Shown here: positions 37,076 through 47,144 of the stretch, piece after piece
Layout: every line of letters starts with the position of its first letter
How positions within the stretch are numbered: the stretch's first letter is position 1
Virus record (IMG/VR): IMGVR_UViG_3300047565_000218
Location: 1 to 51,745 of that record
Origin: a virus
Lineage: Duplodnaviria > Caudoviricetes
Direction: 5' to 3' (one strand)
DNA length: 51,745 bases
Notes under the pieces: model-generated
Seen by the model: the letters and a program-made list of their open reading frames with translations, nothing else
Told to the model about the DNA's origin: nothing
The model's database searches: none
Made by a program: the position numbers and the translations under genes

Positions 37076-37282
37076 TTAGTCTAAATGTCTGATATCAATA
37101 GCATATACCTTTTCGCCTTTAGTAGCTGGTGTATATTCGACTTTCTGATTCTTTTTAATTTCTTCTATACCAGATTTTATAAGATTGCTCTGATGAAAGA
37201 AGACATCTTTTGAGCCATCATCAGGTTTAATAAAACCATACTTGCTTTCGGTAGAATAAAATTTAACAACTCCTCTTTTCAT
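37076..37282 (-). CDS. cspA: Cold-shock domain protein
   Basis: GVVKFY, KYGFI (RNP1), DVFFH (RNP2). Confidence 0.92.
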   Translation of the reverse strand: MKRGVVKFYSTESKYGFIKPDDGSKDVFFHQSNLIKSGIEEIKKNQKVEYTPATKGEKVYAIDIRHLD

Positions 37283-37353
37283 GAATATAATTTCATTAGT
37301 TAAATATCCAACCCAAAATATCAGATTTAACGTGTACTTAAAAGCATTTTTGG

Positions 37354-39159
37354 TTATTCCGGTAGGTTATTCATCTCCTGCAAATTTTTATTTAAAGCTA
37401 TAGCTGAGTATCCGGTAATTTCTTTAATACGATGATTTAAAGCGGTAGTAGTTGCAAGGTTATTAGGATTTTCTGCTAATTTTAAGGCTAAATCCAAAAA
37501 CTTTTTATCGGTTAATAACTTGGTCGCACCATATCCCCCGCCAAGAAGCTTGGCTGTGGTAATAGGATCATAAAACAATCCAAAAATTGCCGCGCTAATC
37601 CCACCAGTAGTAGCCGTCCCTGATGGATTAGGAATATTTTTACTCTTTATAGCCATAGCTTTAGCAACAGTGCCTAATTTTTGTATTTTTTTAAAAGTCT
37701 CAGGAGTAAGCTGTTTTCTAATAGATACACTATTTTTAGGATTGTTTATTGCTTTAGCAAGAGCGTTATAAGATAGACTTTCAGTAGCGTAATTCGTAGC
37801 TTTATGGCCGAGTATATTTTCCAGTTTTTCTCTTCTAGCTACATCCCCGTATAATTTATCGGCTTCCTTAAAAGCATCATACCACTCAGGATTAGTTTTG
37901 CCATACTCTTTAATATCCTGCGAAATCGCTTTTTGTATTTTCTTAAGCTGATTCTTAACCCCTGCGTCCGTATCCCATTTTATAATTGAATTGAGACTCT
38001 TTTTAGTCCCAACAAGTTTATTAACGTCATATTCTTGCAATGGTAGCTTTATAGGCCCATACTGACTTATTATTTTTGATGCAGGCTCTATTTCATTTTT
38101 AATAGTTTTAAGTGATTGCAGGAGGCTTTTTTCATCAGGGGAAAGAATAGCCGTATTGATTTTAATATCATCAATGGCCTTTTTAAGATTAGCAGGTAGT
38201 ACTTTTGCATCTGCCGGTAATGAAGTCTTTACTTTATCGTATAAACCGGCAATATGACCTTCTATTTCCGGAGTTCTCGCGGGACCGATTTCATCAAAAA
38301 TATCACTTAACACTTTTTGTGTCTGTTCTTCGGCAAGTGCATATTTATTTTTTAACTTGTCACCGAAAATAGGAGCTTTCCCCACGTACTGATCGGCTAA
38401 AGCGGTTAATTTGGAGTCGGTAACTGCTGCAGCAGGTAAATCTATACCTAAATCTCTTGCCGCCCCTGCTGCTTCAATATTCATACTCTTAGGCGTTAAC
38501 CCCATAAGTTTCATTGGTATTTTTGCGAGCGTCTGGCGAGGTTTCGTAAAGTTATTTAACAGGTTTTTACTTCCAGCAATAGCAAATGGAGCAGCAACGC
38601 TAGATATCAGATCAGATACAAGCGGATCAACTCCTGCTTCCTGCAGTACTCCTGACCCTGCACCTATGACAGCTCCCGTCCCTCCGAGCTTACCAAGAGC
38701 GCCTATTCCTTTACTAGCAGCTCCTGCTCCGCCAAATCCAAGTAATGAACCAGCAAATTCAGCTCCTTTAGATGCGATTCTTTGACCACTCGTTGTTGGA
38801 TGAGGTTCTAAATCAAATTCAGTTTTATTTTTTATTCCCATCCTTATATCTTCCGAGGACGGAATCTTTGAACTAATTATATCGATATCGGGTATTTCTA
38901 TTTCATCATTTGTAAAATCTGGCGCATATAATCCTCCTGGATTACGCCTTGCTTTACTTACTGCCATGCTTTCTAATCCTGAAGCAGCAAGTTTAGGTAA
39001 ATCAGCAATCGAACTTACTCCTTTTAAAGCAGATTTTCCTATTAATGCAGGCCAAGAATCTCCTTCTGGATTTGTCACTGGTTTTTGTACCAGGTATTTT
39101 TGCCATTTATTATTACTGGTAGAAACATTATCTACTTTGTACTTATCCCACTTACTCAT
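37354..39159 (-). CDS. Probable internal/ejection protein
   Basis: Repeated KWxKY N-terminus, Gly/Ala-rich hydrophobic segments, PNPSGTA. Confidence 0.6.
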   Translation of the reverse strand: MSKWDKYKVDNVSTSNNKWQKYLVQKPVTNPEGDSWPALIGKSALKGVSSIADLPKLAASGLESMAVSKARRNPGGLYAPDFTNDEIEIPDIDIISSKIPSSEDIRMGIKNKTEFDLEPHPTTSGQRIASKGAEFAGSLLGFGGAGAASKGIGALGKLGGTGAVIGAGSGVLQEAGVDPLVSDLISSVAAPFAIAGSKNLLNNFTKPRQTLAKIPMKLMGLTPKSMNIEAAGAARDLGIDLPAAAVTDSKLTALADQYVGKAPIFGDKLKNKYALAEEQTQKVLSDIFDEIGPARTPEIEGHIAGLYDKVKTSLPADAKVLPANLKKAIDDIKINTAILSPDEKSLLQSLKTIKNEIEPASKIISQYGPIKLPLQEYDVNKLVGTKKSLNSIIKWDTDAGVKNQLKKIQKAISQDIKEYGKTNPEWYDAFKEADKLYGDVARREKLENILGHKATNYATESLSYNALAKAINNPKNSVSIRKQLTPETFKKIQKLGTVAKAMAIKSKNIPNPSGTATTGGISAAIFGLFYDPITTAKLLGGGYGATKLLTDKKFLDLALKLAENPNNLATTTALNHRIKEITGYSAIALNKNLQEMNNLPE

Positions 39160-40091
39160 TATTCTCTTAATGTTAATCCATCATTTAATGCTTCATTTAA
39201 TTCGTTTGAAGGTATACGATATTCCTGACCTTGCGAATCAACCATCAAAACACTATCGCCGCCGTTACTGCTTTTATCCCCTTCATCAGCACTTATACCG
39301 AGCATGGCTCTTAAATCATTAATAACATTTAAGTTTGTTGCCATATCATTATCAGGCGATATCGTTGGTATGTGTTTAAATTCTTCCTGATTCGTATATT
39401 TAAAAGCTTTATTCAATTTCCCGCGTAATACCTCACCTATTGCCCAAATTTTTGCCTGATCCGGACTATATTCCTGATTACTGAATTTTGACCTGAAGTT
39501 TTTTGCCAGTAGCGACCTCTCCCCTTCAGAACCAAGGTTTGTAACTGTATTTTCTGCATGAGTCAGCATTCCTTTCAACTCTTCTAAAGCTTCTTGTTTC
39601 TCCTGATCTTTTTCATTTTTTTTAAAATTATCAAGTAAACTTTTCTGCTCTTTTTTATCTCTCCTGAAATTATCCAGTAAATTATGATGTCTCTTAGTTT
39701 CTTCCAGTTGCCTCTCTTGGAATTTATGATTCCAGGCTTTTTCCTCTTTGGCCGCTTCTAATGCTTCTTGCGCCCTTTGATGTTGCAGAATTTGATTTGC
39801 TAGTTGTTCATTTTCTTTAAAGGCAGCATCCTCGCTAGTATTATAAGCGGCCAAAGCCGGATTCATCGCCCGCCCTATAACTCCTAAATTATTTTTAAAA
39901 CCACGCACGATAGGTTCTTTTGCTAAACCATTACCAAGAGCAAGTAATGCATTATTTATCGCTCTATGCTCCTGATCCCGATTCATTCCTAAGTTGCTTC
40001 TAGAGCTACTAATCGCTTTTGCTATTCCCTCATCAAAAGGATTTCTTCTCTCGGGAAGAGCTTGCATGCGATTTAATATTTCTTCTTCCAT
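39159..40091 (-). CDS. Probable internal/ejection protein (coiled coil)
   Basis: Helical charged protein, LEETKRHHNL; coupled. Confidence 0.55.
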   Translation of the reverse strand: MEEEILNRMQALPERRNPFDEGIAKAISSSRSNLGMNRDQEHRAINNALLALGNGLAKEPIVRGFKNNLGVIGRAMNPALAAYNTSEDAAFKENEQLANQILQHQRAQEALEAAKEEKAWNHKFQERQLEETKRHHNLLDNFRRDKKEQKSLLDNFKKNEKDQEKQEALEELKGMLTHAENTVTNLGSEGERSLLAKNFRSKFSNQEYSPDQAKIWAIGEVLRGKLNKAFKYTNQEEFKHIPTISPDNDMATNLNVINDLRAMLGISADEGDKSSNGGDSVLMVDSQGQEYRIPSNELNEALNDGLTLRE

Positions 40092-40129
40092 ATAGTTAAT
40101 TATTATTACATTTACAAAAACACTCTAAA

Positions 40130-42331
40130 TCATTTTGACCACGCTTCTTGCCATTTTGCCGTTTGCTGTTGTCTTAGAGCTATATCATTAAACATTTTTG
40201 TTAAATTCTCCATGGATGGTAAAGGAGTATTAGGTTTACGATTAGGGTTGTTTACTATCTGCTGTATCCATTGTTCTTTGTTTAAACCGTTTACTAACAA
40301 AGGTTTAGGTTCTTCATATTGCGCCATAACTTCATCCAACTTTCTAAACAAAGCAGGATCAGAAACTGTCCCGTGTTGATCATAGGTAAATAAATTTTTA
40401 AATTGAGTGTTTTTTACTACATTACTAAAATCTCTTTGTAACTCACCATATTTCGGAGTATAAAAGGCATGCTTGCCTAAAGGATTATTAACAGAATGTA
40501 AGTGAGAATAATTAGTAACTACATTAAGAGCATTCCTTATATCCTGTATCTCCTTTAGTTTCTGTTGTTTATCATTAGCTTTTGCCTGCGCTTGCAATCC
40601 TGCCTGACGTTGTTGCTCTGCTATTCTCTCCTGCTCGGCTCTAACTTGCTCTTGCCGTATCCTTTCTGCTTGAGCGGTACGGGCTTGTTCTTGTTTGATA
40701 CGATTTTCTTCGGCTATTTTTAATATTCTTTGCCTTTCTTCCTCTTCTTTCCTTTTTTGCAGCTTAATATTCTCAAAATCGGCATAATTCTTGATACCCC
40801 CCATATCCTGATTTAGGTTACTCTCAAGCTCCGTTTCACTATGACTTACCGGCACAGTTTGCGCATATTGTGCCAAAGCATGAATATTAGGCCTTAAAGA
40901 CGGCGTATAAACAGAGGGGTTACTACTGACACCCGGATTGGCAAAAATACTGCTAATTTCTGGGCTTACATTGTATTTTACAATATCGCTACCCGAACCT
41001 TGTGGCCATTCCTGATTCCTCTCTTCTTCAAATCGCTCCCGTTTCTGGTTTAACTCATCTTGTGCATTTAGCCATTTGTCTACTCCGAGCTGGTTCATTC
41101 CGCTAATCTTGCCAAGTACGTCCTGATATTCGGACAATCCTTGCTGACCTAAACTATTTAACCGGTTTAAATCATTCATGTCACTTTTATTTAAACCGCT
41201 CATTCTCCCCCGAAGTACATCCTGGAGTAAGTTGTTTCTATTACCAAAACGGCTTTTAGCGATTCTATTAATAGCATCCTCGGTTTGTGATAAATGTGAT
41301 TGTGATCCATAAGTACCTTTTCGTTCATGATCCATACTGATTCTTGCTTTCTCTGACTTAATAAGACTTTTAGTATCGCCGTCTTGCTTGTTTACTTGTG
41401 GATCATAAATTGTAGGTAAATCGTTAATACTGCGTGTTCCGACATTCTCTCGCCCCATTAACGAGCCATAAAGCTTATCTCTTTCTTCCCTTGATGAATC
41501 ATTATAATCATGGCTCAAACCACCTAGCAGGCGATGCGATACTGCTAATTCTTCAGGCACATTAGCAAGCTGCTGACCATTGTAAGTAGGAGTCGGACTA
41601 TTATAAAGATTTAGTCCCTTCTCTAATGTTTTAACAGCTGCTACCTCACCATAAGGCCCCATGTTATCAGGATTACCACCGCTATTTACTATATTGTACA
41701 AAGCCTTCATCTTTTGTTTTGGGGCGTTTAATTCTTCATAAAACCTATTCTTATCTGCCGAATTTGCTAGATGTGAATATATATGTTGCTGATTGCCAAA
41801 TTGTCCCAGCATATTAGTAAGTCCTGCTCTCTTTGCTTTTTCTGCGTTACCAAGTGCATTTAAACTATTTCCAAGTCCCTGATTGAACTCAGACTCGTAG
41901 CTTTTAGCATCGTTACTTAAGGCATCTATACCAACACGGGATAAATCAAGCCCCTTATTTAGGTTCTTATCAAATTTATTATAAAAACCGGTTTGTCTAC
42001 TACCAGTTCTATCTCCAAACTGTTTTCCCATCATCCTCCATCCGGTATTACCCACCCCTCTTTGACCTGATGAGAGTATATCTAGTAAAGAGGTCTTTTG
42101 CCCCTCATTAAAACCTTGCGGAGTTCTATTAAAAACGCTGCTTGCCTCTTGCGAATAAGGAGCAGGGCTATTGCTAAACTGATCTTCCAGCGTTCGTTTC
42201 TTCTGTGTTAAAGAAGACATCGGAACGCTGGTCTTTCCTCTATATACAGGTGTGGAATTGCCTACCATTCGTCCTACATCACGATTGATAATGGCAAGTG
42301 CCTGCTCTCTTAGGTCATTTAAGTTTTTCAT
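40130..42331 (-). CDS. Probable DNA-transfer/pilot protein
   Basis: Q/G/N-rich, YRGKTSVPMS and YNGQQLA repeats, GTYGSQ; EQ-rich linker before the C-terminal domain. Confidence 0.55.
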   Translation of the reverse strand: MKNLNDLREQALAIINRDVGRMVGNSTPVYRGKTSVPMSSLTQKKRTLEDQFSNSPAPYSQEASSVFNRTPQGFNEGQKTSLLDILSSGQRGVGNTGWRMMGKQFGDRTGSRQTGFYNKFDKNLNKGLDLSRVGIDALSNDAKSYESEFNQGLGNSLNALGNAEKAKRAGLTNMLGQFGNQQHIYSHLANSADKNRFYEELNAPKQKMKALYNIVNSGGNPDNMGPYGEVAAVKTLEKGLNLYNSPTPTYNGQQLANVPEELAVSHRLLGGLSHDYNDSSREERDKLYGSLMGRENVGTRSINDLPTIYDPQVNKQDGDTKSLIKSEKARISMDHERKGTYGSQSHLSQTEDAINRIAKSRFGNRNNLLQDVLRGRMSGLNKSDMNDLNRLNSLGQQGLSEYQDVLGKISGMNQLGVDKWLNAQDELNQKRERFEEERNQEWPQGSGSDIVKYNVSPEISSIFANPGVSSNPSVYTPSLRPNIHALAQYAQTVPVSHSETELESNLNQDMGGIKNYADFENIKLQKRKEEEERQRILKIAEENRIKQEQARTAQAERIRQEQVRAEQERIAEQQRQAGLQAQAKANDKQQKLKEIQDIRNALNVVTNYSHLHSVNNPLGKHAFYTPKYGELQRDFSNVVKNTQFKNLFTYDQHGTVSDPALFRKLDEVMAQYEEPKPLLVNGLNKEQWIQQIVNNPNRKPNTPLPSMENLTKMFNDIALRQQQTAKWQEAWSK

Positions 42332-42332
42332 G

Positions 42333-44900
42333 CTAACCCATCAAATAACTCTGTAGAGATTTTGCTCGAGGCGGTAATGTAATTTTACCTCCTCTCTTAT
42401 GCTCTCTAATGTTACGTCTAAAATTATCAAGCTTGCGTGCCCCAGCAGCATTATTACCATCTCCTAAATCAGCAACAGTAGCTGCATCTATTACATATTC
42501 GCCATCGCTAAGCTTTGCATCAATTAAATCGTCCTGACCTCCACTATCTCCGTTTAAATAATGTAAGGGGCTTGCAGTAGGATAACGAACTTCTTCTACC
42601 AGATAATCATAAGGACTACGCATCAGGCCACCGCTTTTCATCCTAACTGGCCTACCTTCATCATCCTCATACTCAAGCCAGCGTCCAGTCCTTGCAAACT
42701 CTTCTGGTGATACAACTCGCCTGCGAACAGAACCCATGTTCTTTATATCTTCATCTAAACGCTTGTTTTTATGCTTTTTCTTTAAATCTTTACGGGCAAT
42801 CTCTAGAGCCTCGTCAGCTTCTACTTCAGCAATAGTCTTGCGACTTGCGTTTCTATACCTTCTCTCTTCTTCGGCTATTTTCTCTGGACTCTTTGGTTTT
42901 TCTCTACCTAAATACTGAGCAGCAGTAGTACCAAGCGTTAGTAAATTACTTGGTTGGGTTAGATAATCTTGTAATTTATCGGTAAAACCCATATTGTCTT
43001 GTTTTTTCTGTCTATCAAGCATGTAATTATAATAGTTCTCTGCATAATCCCCGCTACTGACACCTAAACCTTGACCTCTTCCTGTACCCATACCAGAAGA
43101 AAGCGCAGTTGCAGCACTAAGTCCACCATTTACATAAGGATTACTTCCTCCAAGCCCAAATAATCCGCTACTACTACCTGAACCACCAAGACCTAAGGCA
43201 GGCAATATTGCATTAGTAGTACCATAATTACTAAGGCTAGAACCAAGAGCTGTAGCCCCTAACTTACTTGCTCCCCATCCAAGCCCTGATGCCATAGATG
43301 GAAGAGCTGCTCCCATACCTGCTCCTTTTAAAGCTCCTTGTAGAGGATCTTTACCTCTTATTGCATTTTGAGCTCCTTGACCAATAGCCCCTCCTATAAT
43401 ACCACCTGCGCCTGGTAAAATCATGTTACCAAGTAAAGCTCCTGCTCCACCTCCTATTACACTTCTTATTGCTTTCCATGGTTTTTTCCAGAAACTATAT
43501 TCACGAAGTCCGGTAGCAGGATTTATAGTACCACTTCCTCCTAAACTTTTTAATATATGAGCTTCTATAGGATTAATATGGGCAAGCTCGGTATCGCCAT
43601 TTCTGCCGTGTCTTCGAATCAGATCGGCAAGCTTCGGTAAGTCCTCATCACCGACAGAGCCTCCTTCTCTAAAAGAATATTGTTGCCCATCATCATCGTA
43701 ACCATTCTCATAAGACATGTAAGGATCATTATAACCTCCAGTCTCGTCATAGCCAGAATCAGGCATTTGGTCAGTTAAATACTCAGAAAGCCTTAATGGT
43801 TCTGGGTAATTATAAGTGTTTAAATATGGATCGTAACTGTTATTACCGCTTACGTATCCTCCTCCTGCAAATTTTGCTATTTTTGTCGGCTCAGGATTTG
43901 GATTTTCTGTGATTCTTTTTAAGGGAAGATTTACTAAATCAAGCGATCCTAGTTGTGATATTATTGGATGATTCTGTTTCCACGTATCTGTATTCGTTAT
44001 AGAATTTCTTCTTTGTCGAATATAATTATTTACTGTTGGATAGTCATTTGCAGGATAGGCTTGTTCCATATTCCCTAAAATATCATGTAAAAATTCCTGC
44101 CCATTACTATCTACAGGATTTTCTCCTTGATCAGTCTTCCAAGAATTAGTTAAATTAGTAAGTGCAAAAGCTGGAAACTCTGAAGCATACTGACCCTTAA
44201 AATAAGGATTCTTATTAGGCAAAGAAGAAGATTTAGATCGTTTATAGTTAGGCTGATAAGAGACAAGATTATTCATTTCAGGTAATAATTTTGACCAGTC
44301 AGTAGTTGAATTATATTGTTCTTTTTGAGCCTTGTTAATCTCTTGGTCAAATCGGTTTAAGTCTGCTATAGCATCGTTTTTAGCACCTATACTAGGATTA
44401 TATGCATTAGCATCAAAAAAACCCTTTTGTATTTTTCCTTGAATATTCAATAAAGTATTAGTGAAATCCGTATCATTAGTATATTTTTCTCTTAGTTCTT
44501 GTAATTTTTTCCATATATCAGGGGTCATGCCATCCATTTGATGATCAGTAGCATGAACTGTTTCATGCGCCATAGTTTTAGGTTCTGGTATAGAGGTTTT
44601 AGTTATGCCCATCCCTTTTTTAATTTTTTGATTTGGTTTTTCCATATCACTTACAACCCAATATCCTCCTAAATCAGGTGGCTTACTAAAAGTCACTTGA
44701 TCTATTTTCCCTCCATTGTTGTTAAATTTTTTAAATATTTCCTCATATATACTTCTATCATCACCGTTAGGGGGATATATACTTGTAAACTCTTTTATCG
44801 GTTTCTTTTTTTGAAAGTTATTCTTATAAAGAAATTTAGCATATTCTGTGTCATCATCAATTTCAGATGATGGGAGATCCATTATTTCTCTGAGTTTCAT
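42333..44900 (-). CDS. Ejection-type protein with N-terminal HExxH domain
   Basis: GRNGDTELAHINPIEA..GGSGTINPATGLRE, Gly-rich hydrophobic segment, AKLSDGEYVI..LGDG; HETVH near residue 112. Confidence 0.65.
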   Translation of the reverse strand: MKLREIMDLPSSEIDDDTEYAKFLYKNNFQKKKPIKEFTSIYPPNGDDRSIYEEIFKKFNNNGGKIDQVTFSKPPDLGGYWVVSDMEKPNQKIKKGMGITKTSIPEPKTMAHETVHATDHQMDGMTPDIWKKLQELREKYTNDTDFTNTLLNIQGKIQKGFFDANAYNPSIGAKNDAIADLNRFDQEINKAQKEQYNSTTDWSKLLPEMNNLVSYQPNYKRSKSSSLPNKNPYFKGQYASEFPAFALTNLTNSWKTDQGENPVDSNGQEFLHDILGNMEQAYPANDYPTVNNYIRQRRNSITNTDTWKQNHPIISQLGSLDLVNLPLKRITENPNPEPTKIAKFAGGGYVSGNNSYDPYLNTYNYPEPLRLSEYLTDQMPDSGYDETGGYNDPYMSYENGYDDDGQQYSFREGGSVGDEDLPKLADLIRRHGRNGDTELAHINPIEAHILKSLGGSGTINPATGLREYSFWKKPWKAIRSVIGGGAGALLGNMILPGAGGIIGGAIGQGAQNAIRGKDPLQGALKGAGMGAALPSMASGLGWGASKLGATALGSSLSNYGTTNAILPALGLGGSGSSSGLFGLGGSNPYVNGGLSAATALSSGMGTGRGQGLGVSSGDYAENYYNYMLDRQKKQDNMGFTDKLQDYLTQPSNLLTLGTTAAQYLGREKPKSPEKIAEEERRYRNASRKTIAEVEADEALEIARKDLKKKHKNKRLDEDIKNMGSVRRRVVSPEEFARTGRWLEYEDDEGRPVRMKSGGLMRSPYDYLVEEVRYPTASPLHYLNGDSGGQDDLIDAKLSDGEYVIDAATVADLGDGNNAAGARKLDNFRRNIREHKRGGKITLPPRAKSLQSYLMG

Positions 44901-44915
44901 AATTTTTACTTGCTC

Positions 44916-45269
44916 TTATATATCGTTGTATTCACCCAATATCATAGATTCGATCTCATCGTGAAAAATAGGGTCAATAGAATAATCATAATATAATCTA
45001 CTTTGGCCAAGAAGTAATGCAATTAACGAGCTACCATTATCAATTAAAGATTGTATATCGTTTTGATAAGTTTCTTCATCAAAAGAATTTTTAATTATAC
45101 GCGATAAAGTATTTATATTATTTAAATCAACAGATTCTAAAACTACTTTTAATAATCCTTTTTCAAATTCCTTTTCATTAATTAATAATTTTTTTATTTC
45201 ATTAATATTACTTTTTATTTTCTTATTTATAATTAACGGCAACAATACTTTCCCTGATCTTAATTTCAT
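44916..45269 (-). CDS. Hypothetical protein (MKLRSGK...)
   Basis: AGGAGG RBS; extended -10 TGGTATAAT upstream at 45343-45351. Confidence 0.65.
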   Translation of the reverse strand: MKLRSGKVLLPLIINKKIKSNINEIKKLLINEKEFEKGLLKVVLESVDLNNINTLSRIIKNSFDEETYQNDIQSLIDNGSSLIALLLGQSRLYYDYSIDPIFHDEIESMILGEYNDI

Positions 45270-45381
45270 TTTTCCCTCCTAAGTTTCAGTGTTGAATATA
45301 GCACGCAAAAGGAAGCACCTTTTTGACAAAGGCTTTTACTTTATTATACCACAAATGTTTGTTATTTTAGATTTTTTGATA

Positions 45382-45705
45382 TTATTCTTTCTTGAAATAA
45401 GAATTTATAAAGTTTGATACAACTTGAATAAAAGCTAGTACAAGTATTAAAATTATGGATTCTAATTTTAAGGTGTTTATTGCATTTGCAACATCCGCTA
45501 ACAACCCAGTAAATATAAACGAATTATTGTATAGCGATAAAAAAACAGATATACCAAACAGAAATAATAAAATTATTAAAAATGAGCTATATGCTATACG
45601 ATATAAACTCCATAGTATATTTTCCACATAATAAAAAGATCGTAGCGAATCATTATGTTTATCATGTAATTCACTAGAATTAGTTTTAGGATCAAAAATG
45701 CTCAT
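45382..45705 (-). CDS. Two-TM membrane protein
   Basis: Two hydrophobic helices; coupled to the peptidase gene. Confidence 0.65.
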   Translation of the reverse strand: MSIFDPKTNSSELHDKHNDSLRSFYYVENILWSLYRIAYSSFLIILLFLFGISVFLSLYNNSFIFTGLLADVANAINTLKLESIILILVLAFIQVVSNFINSYFKKE

Positions 45706-46193
45706 TGTTTACCTAATAATGTTTTTATTCTCATATCTATTGCTAATGTTGATACTAAAAAATACCGAGATAAAGAAACTATACTTTTCAGCTCATCGTG
45801 CTTTTTTAGAAAATGTACTTGAGGCATTAGCAACTCTGCGGCAAAGTTATCCGCTTCTATTTCCTTATCACGAATAACAAATGATCTAGTACTACGTTCT
45901 AAAATCATTCCAGAAGAATCAAGAAAATCTTTATGAAGGCAATAATGTCCTAATTCATGTGCTACGGTAAATCTTCTTCGAGTAATAACGTGCCTACAAT
46001 TAGCTTCAATAAAATATTTATCGTTTGCACAATATATCCTTCCACTAATATCTTCACTCATTGGTAAGTAGGCCGCTTCTATTCCTAAGCTTGAACATAT
46101 CTTGCCAATAGGTACAGGATATATACTAATTAATTCTTTAAGGGCAGAACAATCATATTTATCTCTCAAACTTTTTAAGCTTATATTTTCCAT
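45702..46193 (-). CDS. ImmA/IrrE-family metallopeptidase
   Basis: RRRFTVAHELGH, EIEADNFAAELLMP. Confidence 0.9.
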   Translation of the reverse strand: MENISLKSLRDKYDCSALKELISIYPVPIGKICSSLGIEAAYLPMSEDISGRIYCANDKYFIEANCRHVITRRRFTVAHELGHYCLHKDFLDSSGMILERSTRSFVIRDKEIEADNFAAELLMPQVHFLKKHDELKSIVSLSRYFLVSTLAIDMRIKTLLGKQ

Positions 46194-46259
46194 ACTGAAT
46201 ATTCCCCGTGTTTACAACCCACTCTACAATATTAAAACGAGGCGGTCAAAAATAGATTT

Positions 46260-47144
46260 TTACGCCGCTTCCTCTATGCTTTGCGAATAATTATACTGCT
46301 TATTAATGTATTCTATACAGGCAAGTTGCCTTTCTTCCCCTAAATCAGCAATACTCTCTACTCCTGCTTTACTGCACCACTTGTTTATTATCTCGCTTGA
46401 TACATTATGCAATTTAATAAGTTCTATTAATTCAGACAAAGTTTCGCTCGGCTCTAGGTTTTTGACCTCCTCTTCCTGATGAGATAATACAGAATCAAGT
46501 TTGCTACTTATGCTTTGAGATTTTGGGGTTATATTTTTAACTTCTATTTCAAGCTCATTAAAAGGCTTGCCTTCCATTTCTTCAGCTGTCGGATGCTGAC
46601 TTACTATCTCGGGAAAAGCTTTACGCAAGGCTTGTGCTTCGGCACATTTGGCAAGTTGTCCATATGGTCTTTTTTGCCACATAGTATTAGGTGTAGCTGT
46701 ATCTTTTTTAGCAGCATAATTTTCTAACCAGTATTCTTTGGCAGTAAATTCAACAATAGTATTATTTACCAGCTTTTTAACTGTTACCTTACACCATTTT
46801 GGATAAGTAATCTCAGCACCCCCTAAATTACATGTTACATCTTCGCCAAATTCAGGCTCGCTTACACCCGCATATTGATTACTACGTGCCGCCTGTATCC
46901 TATATAAACCGACACCTGCCATAACTACGTCCTTGTACTCGTATTTGCCTGTAACGGCATTTTTTACACTCATTGGGACAATATGTACAGGCTTTTGCAT
47001 CGGGTCTAATTTTGCCGCCTTACAGTAATCAAGAACCATTTTTATACTTTCGTCTCTTGCCCCAGTATATAAGCTGTTTTTTAGTGCTGACCATATATGC
47101 TGATCAATTTCATTAGCGGTATTTATTGCTGCTATGTTACTCAT
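46260..47144 (-). CDS. bet: Bet/RecT ssDNA-annealing recombinase
   Basis: LDPMQKPVHIV, YRIQAARS, WQKRPYGQLAKCAEAQALRKAFP. Confidence 0.92.
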   Translation of the reverse strand: MSNIAAINTANEIDQHIWSALKNSLYTGARDESIKMVLDYCKAAKLDPMQKPVHIVPMSVKNAVTGKYEYKDVVMAGVGLYRIQAARSNQYAGVSEPEFGEDVTCNLGGAEITYPKWCKVTVKKLVNNTIVEFTAKEYWLENYAAKKDTATPNTMWQKRPYGQLAKCAEAQALRKAFPEIVSQHPTAEEMEGKPFNELEIEVKNITPKSQSISSKLDSVLSHQEEEVKNLEPSETLSELIELIKLHNVSSEIINKWCSKAGVESIADLGEERQLACIEYINKQYNYSQSIEEAA

